Source: an uncultured Alistipes sp. (GTDB lineage: Bacteria; Bacteroidota; Bacteroidia; Bacteroidales; Rikenellaceae). Taken from it: 37,564 nt of DNA. This document shows, in pieces, positions 12,089-20,762 of this stretch. The notes beneath the pieces were generated by a model. It ran no database searches. It was not told the origin of the DNA and saw nothing but the letters and a program-made list of their open reading frames with translations. The stretch covers positions 1 to 37,564 of the forward strand of contig CAJGDL010000001.1 of assembly GCA_904502075.1 (NCBI GenBank), in the 5' to 3' direction. The translations under genes and the position numbers were made by a program. Each line of letters starts with the position of its first letter. Position 1 is the first letter of the stretch.

Positions 12089-13333
12089 ATGATACCTTTC
12101 AAATCATACCGACTCAAGAACGGCCTTGTGGTGTTGGCCAACCGCGACCAACAGTCGAAACTCGCGGCCGTCAATCTGCTCTACAAAGTGGGGGCGAGAA
12201 ACGAAAATCCGACCCGCACGGGATTTGCCCATCTCTTTGAACATCTGATGTTTCGGGGCACAAAAGCCGTACCCGACTTCGACACCCCCGTACAGATGGC
12301 TTGTGGCGAAAACAACGCCTTTACGAACAACGACTACACCGATTTCTACATCACCCTGCCAAAGGACAACATCGAGACTGCTCTTTGGCTTGAGAGCGAC
12401 CGCATGACGGGACTCGAAATCACCCCCGAGGTACTCGAAACCGAAAAGCGCGTAGTGATCGAGGAGTTTCGCCAACGCTACCTGAACCAACCCTATGGCG
12501 ATCAGATGATGCTCCTGCGCGGATTGTGCTACCGAGAACACCCCTACCGTTGGGCCACCATAGGACTCACCCCCACCCACATCGAGGAGGCTACGCTCCA
12601 AGAGGTCGAGGCCTTCTATCGCCACTTCTACCGCCCCTCGAATGCCATCCTCTCGATCTCGGGCGACCTGGAGGAGGAGCGCATGTTCGAATTGGCCGAG
12701 CGTTGGTTCGGCTCGATTCCCGACGACGGCACCTTTACCCCCTCGCCTCTCCCCGTAGAGCCGACACAAAGCGAACCACGCCGCCTGATCGTCGAGCGCG
12801 ACGTACCCGCCACCTCGCTAATGATCGCCTTCCCGATGGGCGACCGCCTGAGCAAAGGTTTTTATCGGGGCGACCTGGCCTCGGATCTGCTCGCCGGAGG
12901 TGACTCGGCCCGCCTCTACGACCGCCTGGTGCGCCAACGCCGTCTTTTTGCCTCGACCAACGCCTATATCCTGGGCAGTGTCGATTGCGGACTCTTCATC
13001 CTGACGGGGCAACTCCTCCCCACCACCTCGGAAGAGGAGGCCGAAGCGGCCCTCCTCGAGGAGGCGCGCGCCCTCTGCGACCCCGCGCAAATCACCCCCT
13101 ACGAACTCGAAAAGGTGAAGAATAAATTCGAAGCCAACACCCTCTTTGGCGAACTCAACGTAATGAACAAGGCGATGAACCTCGGATTCTACGAGATGTT
13201 GGGCGACCGGGAGTTGATCAACCGGGAGGTCGATCTCTTCCGCGCAATCACCGCCGTCGACGTGGCCGACTTCTGCCGCGAAACCCTGCGTCCCGAGCAG
13301 CAATCGACCCTGATCTACCGCGCCAAAAAGTAG
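12089..13333 (+). CDS. M16 family zinc peptidase, catalytic subunit
   Basis: Inverted zincin motif GFAHLFEHLMF, plus NAFT and LWLESDRM. Confidence 0.92.
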   Translation: MIPFKSYRLKNGLVVLANRDQQSKLAAVNLLYKVGARNENPTRTGFAHLFEHLMFRGTKAVPDFDTPVQMACGENNAFTNNDYTDFYITLPKDNIETALWLESDRMTGLEITPEVLETEKRVVIEEFRQRYLNQPYGDQMMLLRGLCYREHPYRWATIGLTPTHIEEATLQEVEAFYRHFYRPSNAILSISGDLEEERMFELAERWFGSIPDDGTFTPSPLPVEPTQSEPRRLIVERDVPATSLMIAFPMGDRLSKGFYRGDLASDLLAGGDSARLYDRLVRQRRLFASTNAYILGSVDCGLFILTGQLLPTTSEEEAEAALLEEARALCDPAQITPYELEKVKNKFEANTLFGELNVMNKAMNLGFYEMLGDRELINREVDLFRAITAVDVADFCRETLRPEQQSTLIYRAKK

Positions 13334-13353
13334 CAACCTTTTTCTTTGACACC

Positions 13354-14631
13354 ATGAAAAACAACCCGATACAGATCCCTCCTCGGATTGAAATTCCCGA
13401 ACTGCTGGAGATCACCCCGGCCCACGAGGAGCTCCTCGAAAACGGACTGAAACTCTACACCCTGCAAGCCGAAGAGTTTGAGGTGGTACGCCTCACGCTC
13501 GTCTTCCACGCAGGCCCCGTCACCCAATCGGCCCCCTTTGTGGCCGGTGCCACGGCCAACCTATTGGCCGAAGGCTCCACGCGCCTCTCGGGGCGCGAGA
13601 TAGCCGAACAACTCGACTTCTACGGCTCCTACTTCGAGGTAAATCTCGACCGCGACTACATCTACATCAGTTTCTGCGCCCTTGGCAAATATATTCGAGA
13701 AACCCTCGAGATGGCCTCCGAGATCTTGTTGCACCCCGCCTTCCCCGAGCAGGAGGTTGCGACCTACCGCACGAAACGCCGCCAGCAGCTCGCCATCGAG
13801 CGCCAGAAGGTGGATGTCCAGGCCCGCGAACGCTTCGTGGAGGCCCTCTTCGGCGTGGAGCACCCCTACGGCATCTGCTACCCCGAGGCAGCCTACGACC
13901 ACCTCTCGCGCGAGCAACTCCTCGACCACTACCGCCGCCTCTATGTCGCCTCGAACGCCCTGGCCGTATGCAGTGGCCACATCACCTCCGAAGCCCGTGA
14001 AGCGATCCTTCACCTCTGCGAGCAATTTCCCAAGGGAGCACCCTTTAATGCCCCCTTCCCTCCGACCGAAAGCCGCCGCGAATGGTTCGTCGAGCGCCCC
14101 AAGGCGGTACAGTCGGCCATCCGCATCGGTCGCCTGCTCTTTCCGCGCAACCACCCCGATTTTGTAGGAATGCAGGTCGTGGCTACCCTCTTGGGTGGCT
14201 ACTTCGGAGCCCGCTTGATGCACAACCTGCGTGAGGTACACGGCTACACCTATGGGGTGATGGCCACGATGGTCAACTTCGAACGCGAAGGCTACTTCGC
14301 CATCGCCACCCAGGTGGGGTGCGAGGTGACACGCGAGGCCTTGAAAGAGATCTTCCACGAAATAGAACGCATGCGCACGGAGCCCGTCTCGGAGGAGGAG
14401 CTCGCCCTGGCCAAAAACATCCTCACCGGAGAGATGATGCGCATCCTGGACGGCCCCTTCGGCATTGCTGACGTAACGATCGAGAATGTACTCACGGGTG
14501 ATGACAACGAGGTGGTGAATCGCAACCTGCAGGAGATCCGCGCAATCACCCCCGAACGAATCCAATCGCTTGCATTTCAATACCTTGCCCCCGAAACCCT
14601 CTCGACCATCGTCGTCGGACGAATGGAATAA
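13354..14631 (+). CDS. M16 family peptidase-like protein, non-catalytic partner
   Basis: M16-fold motifs (LENGLKLY, HPYG, LGGYFGARLMHNLREVHGYTYG) without HXXEH. Confidence 0.88.
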   Translation: MKNNPIQIPPRIEIPELLEITPAHEELLENGLKLYTLQAEEFEVVRLTLVFHAGPVTQSAPFVAGATANLLAEGSTRLSGREIAEQLDFYGSYFEVNLDRDYIYISFCALGKYIRETLEMASEILLHPAFPEQEVATYRTKRRQQLAIERQKVDVQARERFVEALFGVEHPYGICYPEAAYDHLSREQLLDHYRRLYVASNALAVCSGHITSEAREAILHLCEQFPKGAPFNAPFPPTESRREWFVERPKAVQSAIRIGRLLFPRNHPDFVGMQVVATLLGGYFGARLMHNLREVHGYTYGVMATMVNFEREGYFAIATQVGCEVTREALKEIFHEIERMRTEPVSEEELALAKNILTGEMMRILDGPFGIADVTIENVLTGDDNEVVNRNLQEIRAITPERIQSLAFQYLAPETLSTIVVGRME

Positions 14632-14648
14632 TCGGAGGGGACATCGCT

Positions 14649-14684
14649 GGGAGATTGCCGCGTCGCTTCGCTCCGCGCAAGAAC
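14649..14684 (-). repeat. Single REP-like repeat, same family as 5677-5955
   Basis: GGGAGATTGCCGCGTCGCTTCGCTCCGCGCAAGAAC aligns with 5918-5955 GGGAGATTGCCATGTCGCCTTCTGCTCCTCGCCATGAC. Confidence 0.75.
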
Positions 14685-14735
14685 TCTTGTGCAGAATGGA
14701 GAGTGAGGTATTAAAAAATTTTGAATTTTGAATTT

Positions 14736-14855
14736 CAAACTCGCAGCCCCCTCCACCCAATTTGTTGTCAGGGGGCGTAACGCCCCTTTTGATTGGGGGC
14801 CGCAACCACAGAAGGGGCACAAACTCGCAGCCCCCACCACCCAATTTGTTGTCAG
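14736..14855 (+). repeat. 36-bp direct repeat (14736-14771 and 14820-14855) that includes the left end of the adjacent palindromic element
   Basis: CAAACTCGCAGCCCCC(T/A)CCACCCAATTTGTTGTCAG, 35/36 identical. The spacer contains the terminator-like GGGGCG-TAA-CGCCCC-TTTT. Confidence 0.9.
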
Positions 14856-14969
14856 AAGGCTGCAGATGCAACTATCGTGCAGTGAGCCCCGGATGGGGCA
14901 TACTTAGCGTATGTTCCATTCGGGGCTCGCAAGGGATAGGCAGCAGGTGCGGCCTTATCACAACAAATT
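14843..14969 (+). repeat. GTAC-apex palindromic element, copy 4 (subfamily A, MITE-like), abutting the fabH stop codon
   Basis: Imperfect terminal inverted repeats AATTTGTTGTCAGAAGGCTGCAGATGC / GCAGGTGCGGCCTTATCACAACAAATT. Apex GAGCCCCGGATGGGGCATAC-TTAGC-GTATGTTCCATTCGGGGCTC. 113/115 nt identical to 23849-23963 (inverted). Confidence 0.93.
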
Positions 14970-15978
14970 ACTCGGAGACTTTATCCCCATCATAGGCCCA
15001 CTTCACATAGACGGCACCCCAAGTGAATCCGCCACCAAACGAGGCGAGGATGAGGTTGTCGCCCTTGCGCAGGGCATTTTCATAGTCGTAAAGACACGAC
15101 GGGATCGTAGCCGCCGTGGTGTTGCCGTTGCGGTCGATATTGATCATGCATCGCTCGCGACCCAAGCCCATGCGACGGGCCGTGGCATCGATGATGCGCA
15201 GGTTGGCCTGATGGGGAACCAGATAGCGAATATCCTCCGACTTGAGGTGGTGACGCTCCATCATCTCCACCGAGACATCGGCCATGCTCGATACGGCATG
15301 CTTAAAGACTGCGGGACCATCCTGCGTAATGGTGTGCCAATTCTTCTCGAGGGTCTCCTTCGAGGCGGGATAGCGCGAGCCTCCGGCCTTCATGTGGAGG
15401 TGGATCTCGCCCGATCCATCGGAGTGAAGGATCGAATCGACGATACCATAGCCCTCCTTATTGGGTTCAAGGAGAACCGCCGCGGCACCATCGCCAAAGA
15501 TGGGGCAGGTGTTGCGATCGTTGTAATCCACGATCGACGACATCTTGTCGGCTCCCACCACAATCACCTTCTTGCAGAAGCCCGTCTCGATATACTGGGC
15601 ACCGGTGGTCAGAGCAAAAAGGAATCCGCTGCAAGCCGCCGAGACATCATAGGCAAAAGCGTTCTTGCAACCGGCTTGATCGGCAATCAAGTTACCGGTC
15701 GAGGGGAAAAACATGTCGGGGGTTACCGTGGCGCAGATCACCAAGTCAATATCCATCGGATTCACCCCGGTCTTATCCAAGAGATTCTTGATGGCACGAG
15801 CCCCCATGTAGGAGGTACCGAGCCCCTCGCCTTTTAGGATATGACGAGTCTTAATACCGATACGGGTCATGATCCATTCATCGGTCGTATCGACCATGCG
15901 GCTCAACTCTTCGTTCGTGAGCAGATAGTCGGGCAACCAGCAACCAACACCCGTAATCGCAGCAGTAATCTTTTTCAT
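14968..15978 (-). CDS. fabH: 3-oxoacyl-ACP synthase III
   Basis: Catalytic triad motifs AACSGF, PHQAN and GNTTAA, plus FGGGFTWG. Confidence 0.96.
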   Translation of the reverse strand: MKKITAAITGVGCWLPDYLLTNEELSRMVDTTDEWIMTRIGIKTRHILKGEGLGTSYMGARAIKNLLDKTGVNPMDIDLVICATVTPDMFFPSTGNLIADQAGCKNAFAYDVSAACSGFLFALTTGAQYIETGFCKKVIVVGADKMSSIVDYNDRNTCPIFGDGAAAVLLEPNKEGYGIVDSILHSDGSGEIHLHMKAGGSRYPASKETLEKNWHTITQDGPAVFKHAVSSMADVSVEMMERHHLKSEDIRYLVPHQANLRIIDATARRMGLGRERCMINIDRNGNTTAATIPSCLYDYENALRKGDNLILASFGGGFTWGAVYVKWAYDGDKVSE

Positions 15979-15989
15979 CCAAGTAAATA

Positions 15990-16937
15990 TTAGTTCTCGA
16001 ATACCTCCTTCAAACGAGCCGTAAAGTCAGCCTTAGCCACCTGCTCGGTTGTACGGATCATACTCTTGATGGCCAACGGCGTGGAACCTCCGTGGCCGAT
16101 AACTACGGGGTGGTTGATACCCAAGACGGGGGTGCCTCCTACATTCTCGTAGTTCATCGCTCCCCAGAACTTGTTGTCTCCACCCAACGCCTTGTTGATG
16201 CGGTAGAGGCCCTCGGCCATCTTCAGCACCACATTGCCTACAAAACCATCGCAAACAATGACATCGGCCACCTGGCCCGAGAAGATGTGCGAACCCTCTA
16301 CGTTGCCCACGAAGTTAAACTGGCCGCAGGCCTTCATCAACTCGTGCGTCGTCTTGGCCTGGGCATTGCCCTTGGCCTCCTCCTCACCGATGTTGAGCAC
16401 AGCCACGCGCGGATTCTCGATACCAAACACCGAACGGGCATAGACCGAGCCAATCAAACCGTACTGCACCAGCACCTCGGGCTTGCAGTCCACATTCAGG
16501 CCCACATCCAAAAGCAGGGCGGGACGGCCCGTGATGGTGGGAACCGACGAGGTGATCGTGGGACGAATAACGCCCTCGATGGGTTTCGATGCGTACATCG
16601 AACCGACCATCATGGCTCCGGTGCTTCCTGCACTGGCAAAACCATCAATAAGGCCCTTGGCCAGGTAACCAAAGCCAACCGTAATGCTCGAATTGCTCTT
16701 CGACTGGAAGGCCTTGGCCGGATGGTCGCCCATCTCGATCACCTCCGTCGTAGCCACAATATCGAAACGATCGGCCGGACAGTTCTCTGCGGCCAGAATC
16801 TCTCGGATCTTCTCCTCGTCACCAAAAAGGACGATACGGGTATCGGCACCCATCTCCTCCAGAGCCATTACAGCACCTTTGACAGCCGCCTCGGGAGCGT
16901 AATCGCCACCCATGGCATCAACACCAATCTTCAACAT
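15990..16937 (-). CDS. plsX: Phosphate acyltransferase
   Basis: Motifs [27 protein letters not shown] and VCDGFVGN. Canonical rpmF-plsX-fabH order. Confidence 0.95.
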   Translation of the reverse strand: MLKIGVDAMGGDYAPEAAVKGAVMALEEMGADTRIVLFGDEEKIREILAAENCPADRFDIVATTEVIEMGDHPAKAFQSKSNSSITVGFGYLAKGLIDGFASAGSTGAMMVGSMYASKPIEGVIRPTITSSVPTITGRPALLLDVGLNVDCKPEVLVQYGLIGSVYARSVFGIENPRVAVLNIGEEEAKGNAQAKTTHELMKACGQFNFVGNVEGSHIFSGQVADVIVCDGFVGNVVLKMAEGLYRINKALGGDNKFWGAMNYENVGGTPVLGINHPVVIGHGGSTPLAIKSMIRTTEQVAKADFTARLKEVFEN

Positions 16938-16962
16938 AAATCAAGTGAGGTTCGTTCAACAT

Positions 16963-17008
16963 AAAAAAGGGCGTTGCACGGTGGTATTCCCGGACCGTGC
17001 AACTTTTT
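16963..17008 (-). terminator. Hairpin between rpmF and plsX (terminator or attenuator)
   Basis: Stem GTTGCACGGT/ACCGTGCAAC. On the minus strand it is followed by GCCCTTTTTT. Confidence 0.6.
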
Positions 17009-17021
17009 CTCTCAAAAGGGC

Positions 17022-17207
17022 CTATTCGGCAACCTTCTTCTCAATAGCCAACTTGCCACGGTAGAAACCGCACTCGGGGCAAACGCGGTGGTAGAGTACC
17101 GCTGCTCCGCAGTTCGAGCAAGCAACGACCGTAGGAACTACAGCCTTGTAGTGAGTTCTTCTCTTGTCGCGACGCGTCGACGACACTTTGTGTTTAGGAT
17201 GTGCCAT
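17022..17207 (-). CDS. rpmF: 50S ribosomal protein L32 (Zn-ribbon form)
   Basis: MAHPKHKVSSTRRDKRRTH...CSNC...HRVCPECGFYRG. Confidence 0.97.
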   Translation of the reverse strand: MAHPKHKVSSTRRDKRRTHYKAVVPTVVACSNCGAAVLYHRVCPECGFYRGKLAIEKKVAE

Positions 17208-17365
17208 TTTCTATTTAGTTTTTAGTTTAGTATATTTTCGTTTTCTCGGCTCCGAGCCCTCTTCCACTCCTCTTGGTCGCCTCGGTTTGTTGGGGTAATA
17301 GGAGCCCCGGGGTGCTAATCCTTAACCTAAACGACGATCGGGATAGAAAATTGCCCTTCGCCTTC

Positions 17366-17932
17366 TTATTTTTCTCCTTCCATCTGCGCCTTCAGGGCTG
17401 CCAACTTGGCCTTGGCATCCTCCGAGAGGGTCGAAGGCTCCTCCTCGGCCTCGATCTCGGCCTCCATGCGATCAAACTCCTCGGCCGTGATCATCTGAAA
17501 ACGCTTCAGCATCTCGGGGTTGCACTCCCCCTCGGGGTGAACACGCTGCAGGGGCAACGAGAGGATGATGCTCTCATAGATATAGGCGGCCAAATCGACC
17601 ATATCCTCCGAGGGGTGGAGCCACAGCACCTCGCCGTCGTACTCCCCGGGCTCGTCCGAGAACTTCACCACCAGATTGCCCTCATAGGCGATCGGCATCT
17701 CGCAATCTTCCAGACAGCGATCACACATCACCTCCACCTTGCCGGCAATCTCCACCTGCATATCGAGCATCGTCTCCAGACGGCGCAACTCCACGCGCAC
17801 ATCGCATGCGCCGTGCTCGATCTCCGGACACTCAAAGGCCTCAAAAAGCGAATCATCCACCTTAAAATCATAGGTATAGACCCCCGCTTTCAGCCCTTTA
17901 AACGGTATCAAAAACTCTTTTTCCACGTTCAT
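17366..17932 (-). CDS. yceD: DUF177/YceD family protein
   Basis: CDRCL motif and YESIILSLP. Conserved position upstream of rpmF. Confidence 0.88.
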   Translation of the reverse strand: MNVEKEFLIPFKGLKAGVYTYDFKVDDSLFEAFECPEIEHGACDVRVELRRLETMLDMQVEIAGKVEVMCDRCLEDCEMPIAYEGNLVVKFSDEPGEYDGEVLWLHPSEDMVDLAAYIYESIILSLPLQRVHPEGECNPEMLKRFQMITAEEFDRMEAEIEAEEEPSTLSEDAKAKLAALKAQMEGEK

Positions 17933-17950
17933 TTATACGCAGTTAGTGCG

Positions 17951-17958
17951 CAAAGGTA
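17951..17958 (-). promoter_or_regulatory. -7 box of the yceD-rpmF-plsX-fabH operon
   Basis: TACCTTTG on the minus strand, 18 nt upstream of the ATG. Confidence 0.65.
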
Positions 17959-18101
17959 CGAAAAATTCGATTATTCGCAAAAGATTTTTCCTTTTTCGTG
18001 CGATTTTTGCCCGAAAACAAACTCTTTTTGCCGAAAATTTGGAAATTCTACCACAAAATAACTATCTTCGCCATAGAAACCACGAAAGAGAAGACCGGGC
18101 C

Positions 18102-18545
18102 ATGAAAAAAAGTGCAACCTATCAGATCGAACTCCACAGCAACCACCCCGAATGGTGGCGCTTCAATGTGGTGATGACCGCCCGCGGATGGGATTCGACG
18201 GGCGAACCGGCCGGATTCTTCGCCACCTCCGATCAGATCGCCCCGATCGATGGAGAGCTCCACCCCAAGCCCGTTGATTCTCCCGACGAGCGCACCACAT
18301 GCCTCGTCTGCGGCCCCTGCCACAGCTTCGAGCTCTACCTCTATGTGCTCCCCCACCGCCTGCCCGAGGAGAACAGCCTGGAGCACACCCCTTCGTTCGA
18401 GGTTGAGTTGCGCATCTCGGCAGGGAAGACCCGCCTACAGACCCAAAGGTGTCGGTCAACCCCTGGGGTGGAACCACCCTACACCTCCGCTGGCCGGAAA
18501 AGTAGATTCCCGATTTTCGCCATGTTGTTGTGTGGCCTTATCTGA
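18102..18545 (+). CDS. Hypothetical protein; probable -1 frameshift near 18446 (likely original stop at 18503-18505)
   Basis: Codons are host-like from MKKSATY up to about 18445. After that, host-like codons continue in the -1 frame (VSVNPWGGTTLHLRWPEK*). Confidence 0.6.
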   Translation: MKKSATYQIELHSNHPEWWRFNVVMTARGWDSTGEPAGFFATSDQIAPIDGELHPKPVDSPDERTTCLVCGPCHSFELYLYVLPHRLPEENSLEHTPSFEVELRISAGKTRLQTQRCRSTPGVEPPYTSAGRKSRFPIFAMLLCGLI

Positions 18546-18566
18546 ACCGAATAAAAATATAGAATA

Positions 18567-18872
18567 ATGGAAAAGACGAGTTGGAAAGTATGTAACATCA
18601 ACGGCTGGGTCACGGCCTGCGACCCCGGGCGACTCACTTCGACCCCCTACCACAAGAGCTACCGCCGCGAAGAACTCTCCCGCGGGATGAACCTCACGGC
18701 CTACTGCGAAGACCTGCCCGATGTGAAGGTACGAGAGATCGGCCCCGATTTTCTGACGGTCGCCTTCTCGGGCCGACAGCACAAGATCCCCACCGGCGGC
18801 CATATTGACACCCCCCGCAAGGGGCTCAGCTATGCCTACTCTGAGGCCACGATCTACCTCAAGGCCGAGTAA
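18567..18872 (+). CDS. Hypothetical protein (101 aa)
   Basis: A-rich leader before the ATG and GC3-rich host-like codons. No recognisable family. Confidence 0.7.
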   Translation: MEKTSWKVCNINGWVTACDPGRLTSTPYHKSYRREELSRGMNLTAYCEDLPDVKVREIGPDFLTVAFSGRQHKIPTGGHIDTPRKGLSYAYSEATIYLKAE

Positions 18873-19008
18873 CTCCGCCTCCGTGACTGCCAAATCGCCT
18901 GTCGCCTGCCGCTCTTTCGGCCATCCGAACGGCAGCCACTATCCCAAAAGGGCGTTCGGCTCTTCGGTTTGGCCAAATTTGCATAAAATCAAATCCCGTG
19001 GCATACGA

Positions 19009-19023
19009 TGGCACGGGATTTGT
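19009..19023 (+). promoter_or_regulatory. Candidate sigma54 (RpoN) -24/-12 promoter
   Basis: TGGCACG-GGAT-TTGT versus consensus TGGCACG-N4-TTGC, with correct GG-N10 spacing. One mismatch at -12. Confidence 0.6.
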
Positions 19024-19034
19024 TCGTTAAAGAG

Positions 19035-19147
19035 TCAGCTGCGGCAGAACCGCAGTGAGGTTTCTTCATTTATTTAAGGTTGGGTTAGTAGTTAGGGAGA
19101 GTAATCTCCCGAGGTAGGCGGCAATCGTGAGATTCCCGCCTATTTTT
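19035..19147 (+). ncRNA. Candidate trans-acting small RNA (about 113 nt)
   Basis: Hairpin CTGCGG/CCGCAG, about 40 nt of unpaired U-rich sequence, hairpin GGGAGA-GTAA-TCTCCC, and terminator TAGGCGGCAATC-GTGA-GATTCCCGCCTA-TTTTT. Lies directly behind the sigma54-like promoter and contains no + strand ATG. Confidence 0.65.
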
Positions 19148-19232
19148 GTGCCAACGAAGATTGCCCCGGATAGGATGTACATGGCGTACTTCCCATTCGG
19201 GGCAAGCAAGGCGGTGCAAAATTTACCGCTTA
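19141..19232 (+). repeat. GTAC-apex palindromic element, copy 5 (subfamily B), 9 nt from the purB stop
   Basis: Apex TTGCCCCGGATAGG-AT-GTAC-ATGGC-GTAC-TT-CCCATTCGGGGCAA. The right end GTGCAAAATTTACCGCTTA matches GTGCGGAATTTACCGCTTA at 8327-8345. Confidence 0.85.
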
Positions 19233-19241
19233 AAATCAAAA

Positions 19242-20588
19242 TTAAAAGATGCCGGTGTAGGTAGAGGGCGACAACGCACGCAACTCCTGCTTTACCTCCT
19301 CGCTCACATTCAGCTCCTCGACAAAGGCGGCGATCGACTCGGCGGTGATGTGGGTGTTGGTGCGGGTGAGGGCCTTCAGTGCCTCGTAGGGCTTCGGGTA
19401 GCCCTCGCGGCGCAAGATGGTCTGGATACCCTCGGCCACCACGGCCCAATTGTTCTCCAGATCGCGGGCCAGGGCGGGCTCATTGAGGAGCACCTTGCCA
19501 AGACCCTTCATCAGCGACTGCACGCCGATCAGGGTGTGGGCCACGGGAACACCCACATTGCGCAGCACGGTCGAGTCCGTGAGGTCGCGCTGCAGACGCG
19601 AGATGGGGAGTTTGGCGGCCAGGTGCTCGTAGAGGGCGTTGGCCACGCCAAAGTTACCCTCGGCATTCTCGAAGTCGATGGGGTTCACCTTGTGGGGCAT
19701 GGCACTCGAACCCACCTCACCGGCCTTGATGCGCTGCTTGAAGTACTCCATCGAGATGTAGGTCCACATATCACGGCAGAGGTCGATCAGGATGGTGTCG
19801 ATACGCTTCAGGGCATCGAAGATGGCGGCCAGATTGTCGTAGTGCTCGATCTGGGTCGTATACTGCGAACGGTCGAGCCCCAGGGTGTTGTTCACGAAAT
19901 CGTTGGCAAAGGCGGCCCAATCAATGGCCGGATAGGCGGCATGGTGGGCGTTGAAGTTACCCGTGGCACCGCCGAACTTGGCCGGCACGGGAATGGCACG
20001 CAACTGCGCGTACTGCTTCTCGAGACGCTCGACAAAGACACGGAACTCCTTGCCAAGATGCGTGGGCGAGGCGGGCTGTCCGTGGGTGCGGGCCAACATC
20101 GGGATCTCCTTCCACTCGTCGGCGAAGCCCTTCAGTCGGTCGATAAGCTCCTCCACCGAGGGGTATAAAACCTCCTCGAGACCCTCCTTCATCGAGAGAG
20201 GAATCGAGGTGTTGTTGATATCCTGCGACGTAAGACCAAAGTGGACAAACTCCTTGCAGGCCTCCATACCGAGCTGATCCATCTTCTCCTTGAGCAGATA
20301 CTCAATGGCCTTCACATCGTGGTTCGTCACCGACTCGATCTCCTTGACGCGCTCGGCATCGGCGATCGAGAAGTTGCGATAGAGGTCGCGCAGAGCCTCC
20401 AATTTTTGGAGCTCCACCCCCTGAAGTTGCGGAAGGGGAAGGTTGCACAGGGCCACAAAATACTCCACCTCCACACGGATGCGGTAGCGGATCAGGGCGG
20501 CTTCGGAGAAATACTCTCCCAGCTTGTCGGTCTTCGAGCGATAGCGGCCGTCTACGGGCGAGATCGCAGTTAGGGCTGTCAATGTCAT
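19242..20588 (-). CDS. purB: Adenylosuccinate lyase
   Basis: Motifs ISPVDGRY, TNHDVKA, HFGLTSQD, ARTHGQPA and signature SSAMPHKVNPIDFEN. Confidence 0.97.
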   Translation of the reverse strand: MTLTALTAISPVDGRYRSKTDKLGEYFSEAALIRYRIRVEVEYFVALCNLPLPQLQGVELQKLEALRDLYRNFSIADAERVKEIESVTNHDVKAIEYLLKEKMDQLGMEACKEFVHFGLTSQDINNTSIPLSMKEGLEEVLYPSVEELIDRLKGFADEWKEIPMLARTHGQPASPTHLGKEFRVFVERLEKQYAQLRAIPVPAKFGGATGNFNAHHAAYPAIDWAAFANDFVNNTLGLDRSQYTTQIEHYDNLAAIFDALKRIDTILIDLCRDMWTYISMEYFKQRIKAGEVGSSAMPHKVNPIDFENAEGNFGVANALYEHLAAKLPISRLQRDLTDSTVLRNVGVPVAHTLIGVQSLMKGLGKVLLNEPALARDLENNWAVVAEGIQTILRREGYPKPYEALKALTRTNTHITAESIAAFVEELNVSEEVKQELRALSPSTYTGIF

Positions 20589-20619
20589 AGGATTTGCTTG
20601 ATTCTTGCTTTTCGTTCCA

Positions 20620-20687
20620 CAAAAATACTACTTTTTACATAGAAAGCATACACTTTTTGATCGAATCGCTAATTTTTTGTAATTTTG
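20620..20687. promoter_or_regulatory. Divergent -7 boxes for purB (minus, 20620-20627) and the DUF4834-mlaEF operon (plus, 20680-20687)
   Basis: TATTTTTG on the minus strand and TAATTTTG on the plus strand. Confidence 0.55.
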
Positions 20688-20762
20688 CACCGCAAAATCT
20701 CCCCGATATACAATATTTATATATAGGGAGACGCTTTAGGAACATAACCAAGAAGTGATAAG

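Noticed and set aside
14736..14969. CRISPR-like appearance (36-bp repeats; element ends GTTGTGAT...ACAAC resemble Bacteroidetes CRISPR repeat ends)
   Set aside because: Only two repeats, a structured 48-bp spacer, no array or leader, and no cas genes in the window.
17208..17365. Possible structured ribosomal-protein leader upstream of rpmF
   Set aside because: I could not identify a convincing stem or known leader motif by eye. A covariance search would be needed.
18970..18983. Second sigma54-like motif TGGCCAAATTTGCA
   Set aside because: GG-to-GC spacing is 8 nt instead of the required 10.
19066..19241. Minus-strand reading of the sRNA seed as a real translation start (ATGAAGAAA at 19069)
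   Set aside because: The frame from that ATG closes after a short peptide, and the promoter, GNRA loops and T-tailed terminator all point to the + strand. A minus-strand micropeptide is not fully excluded.
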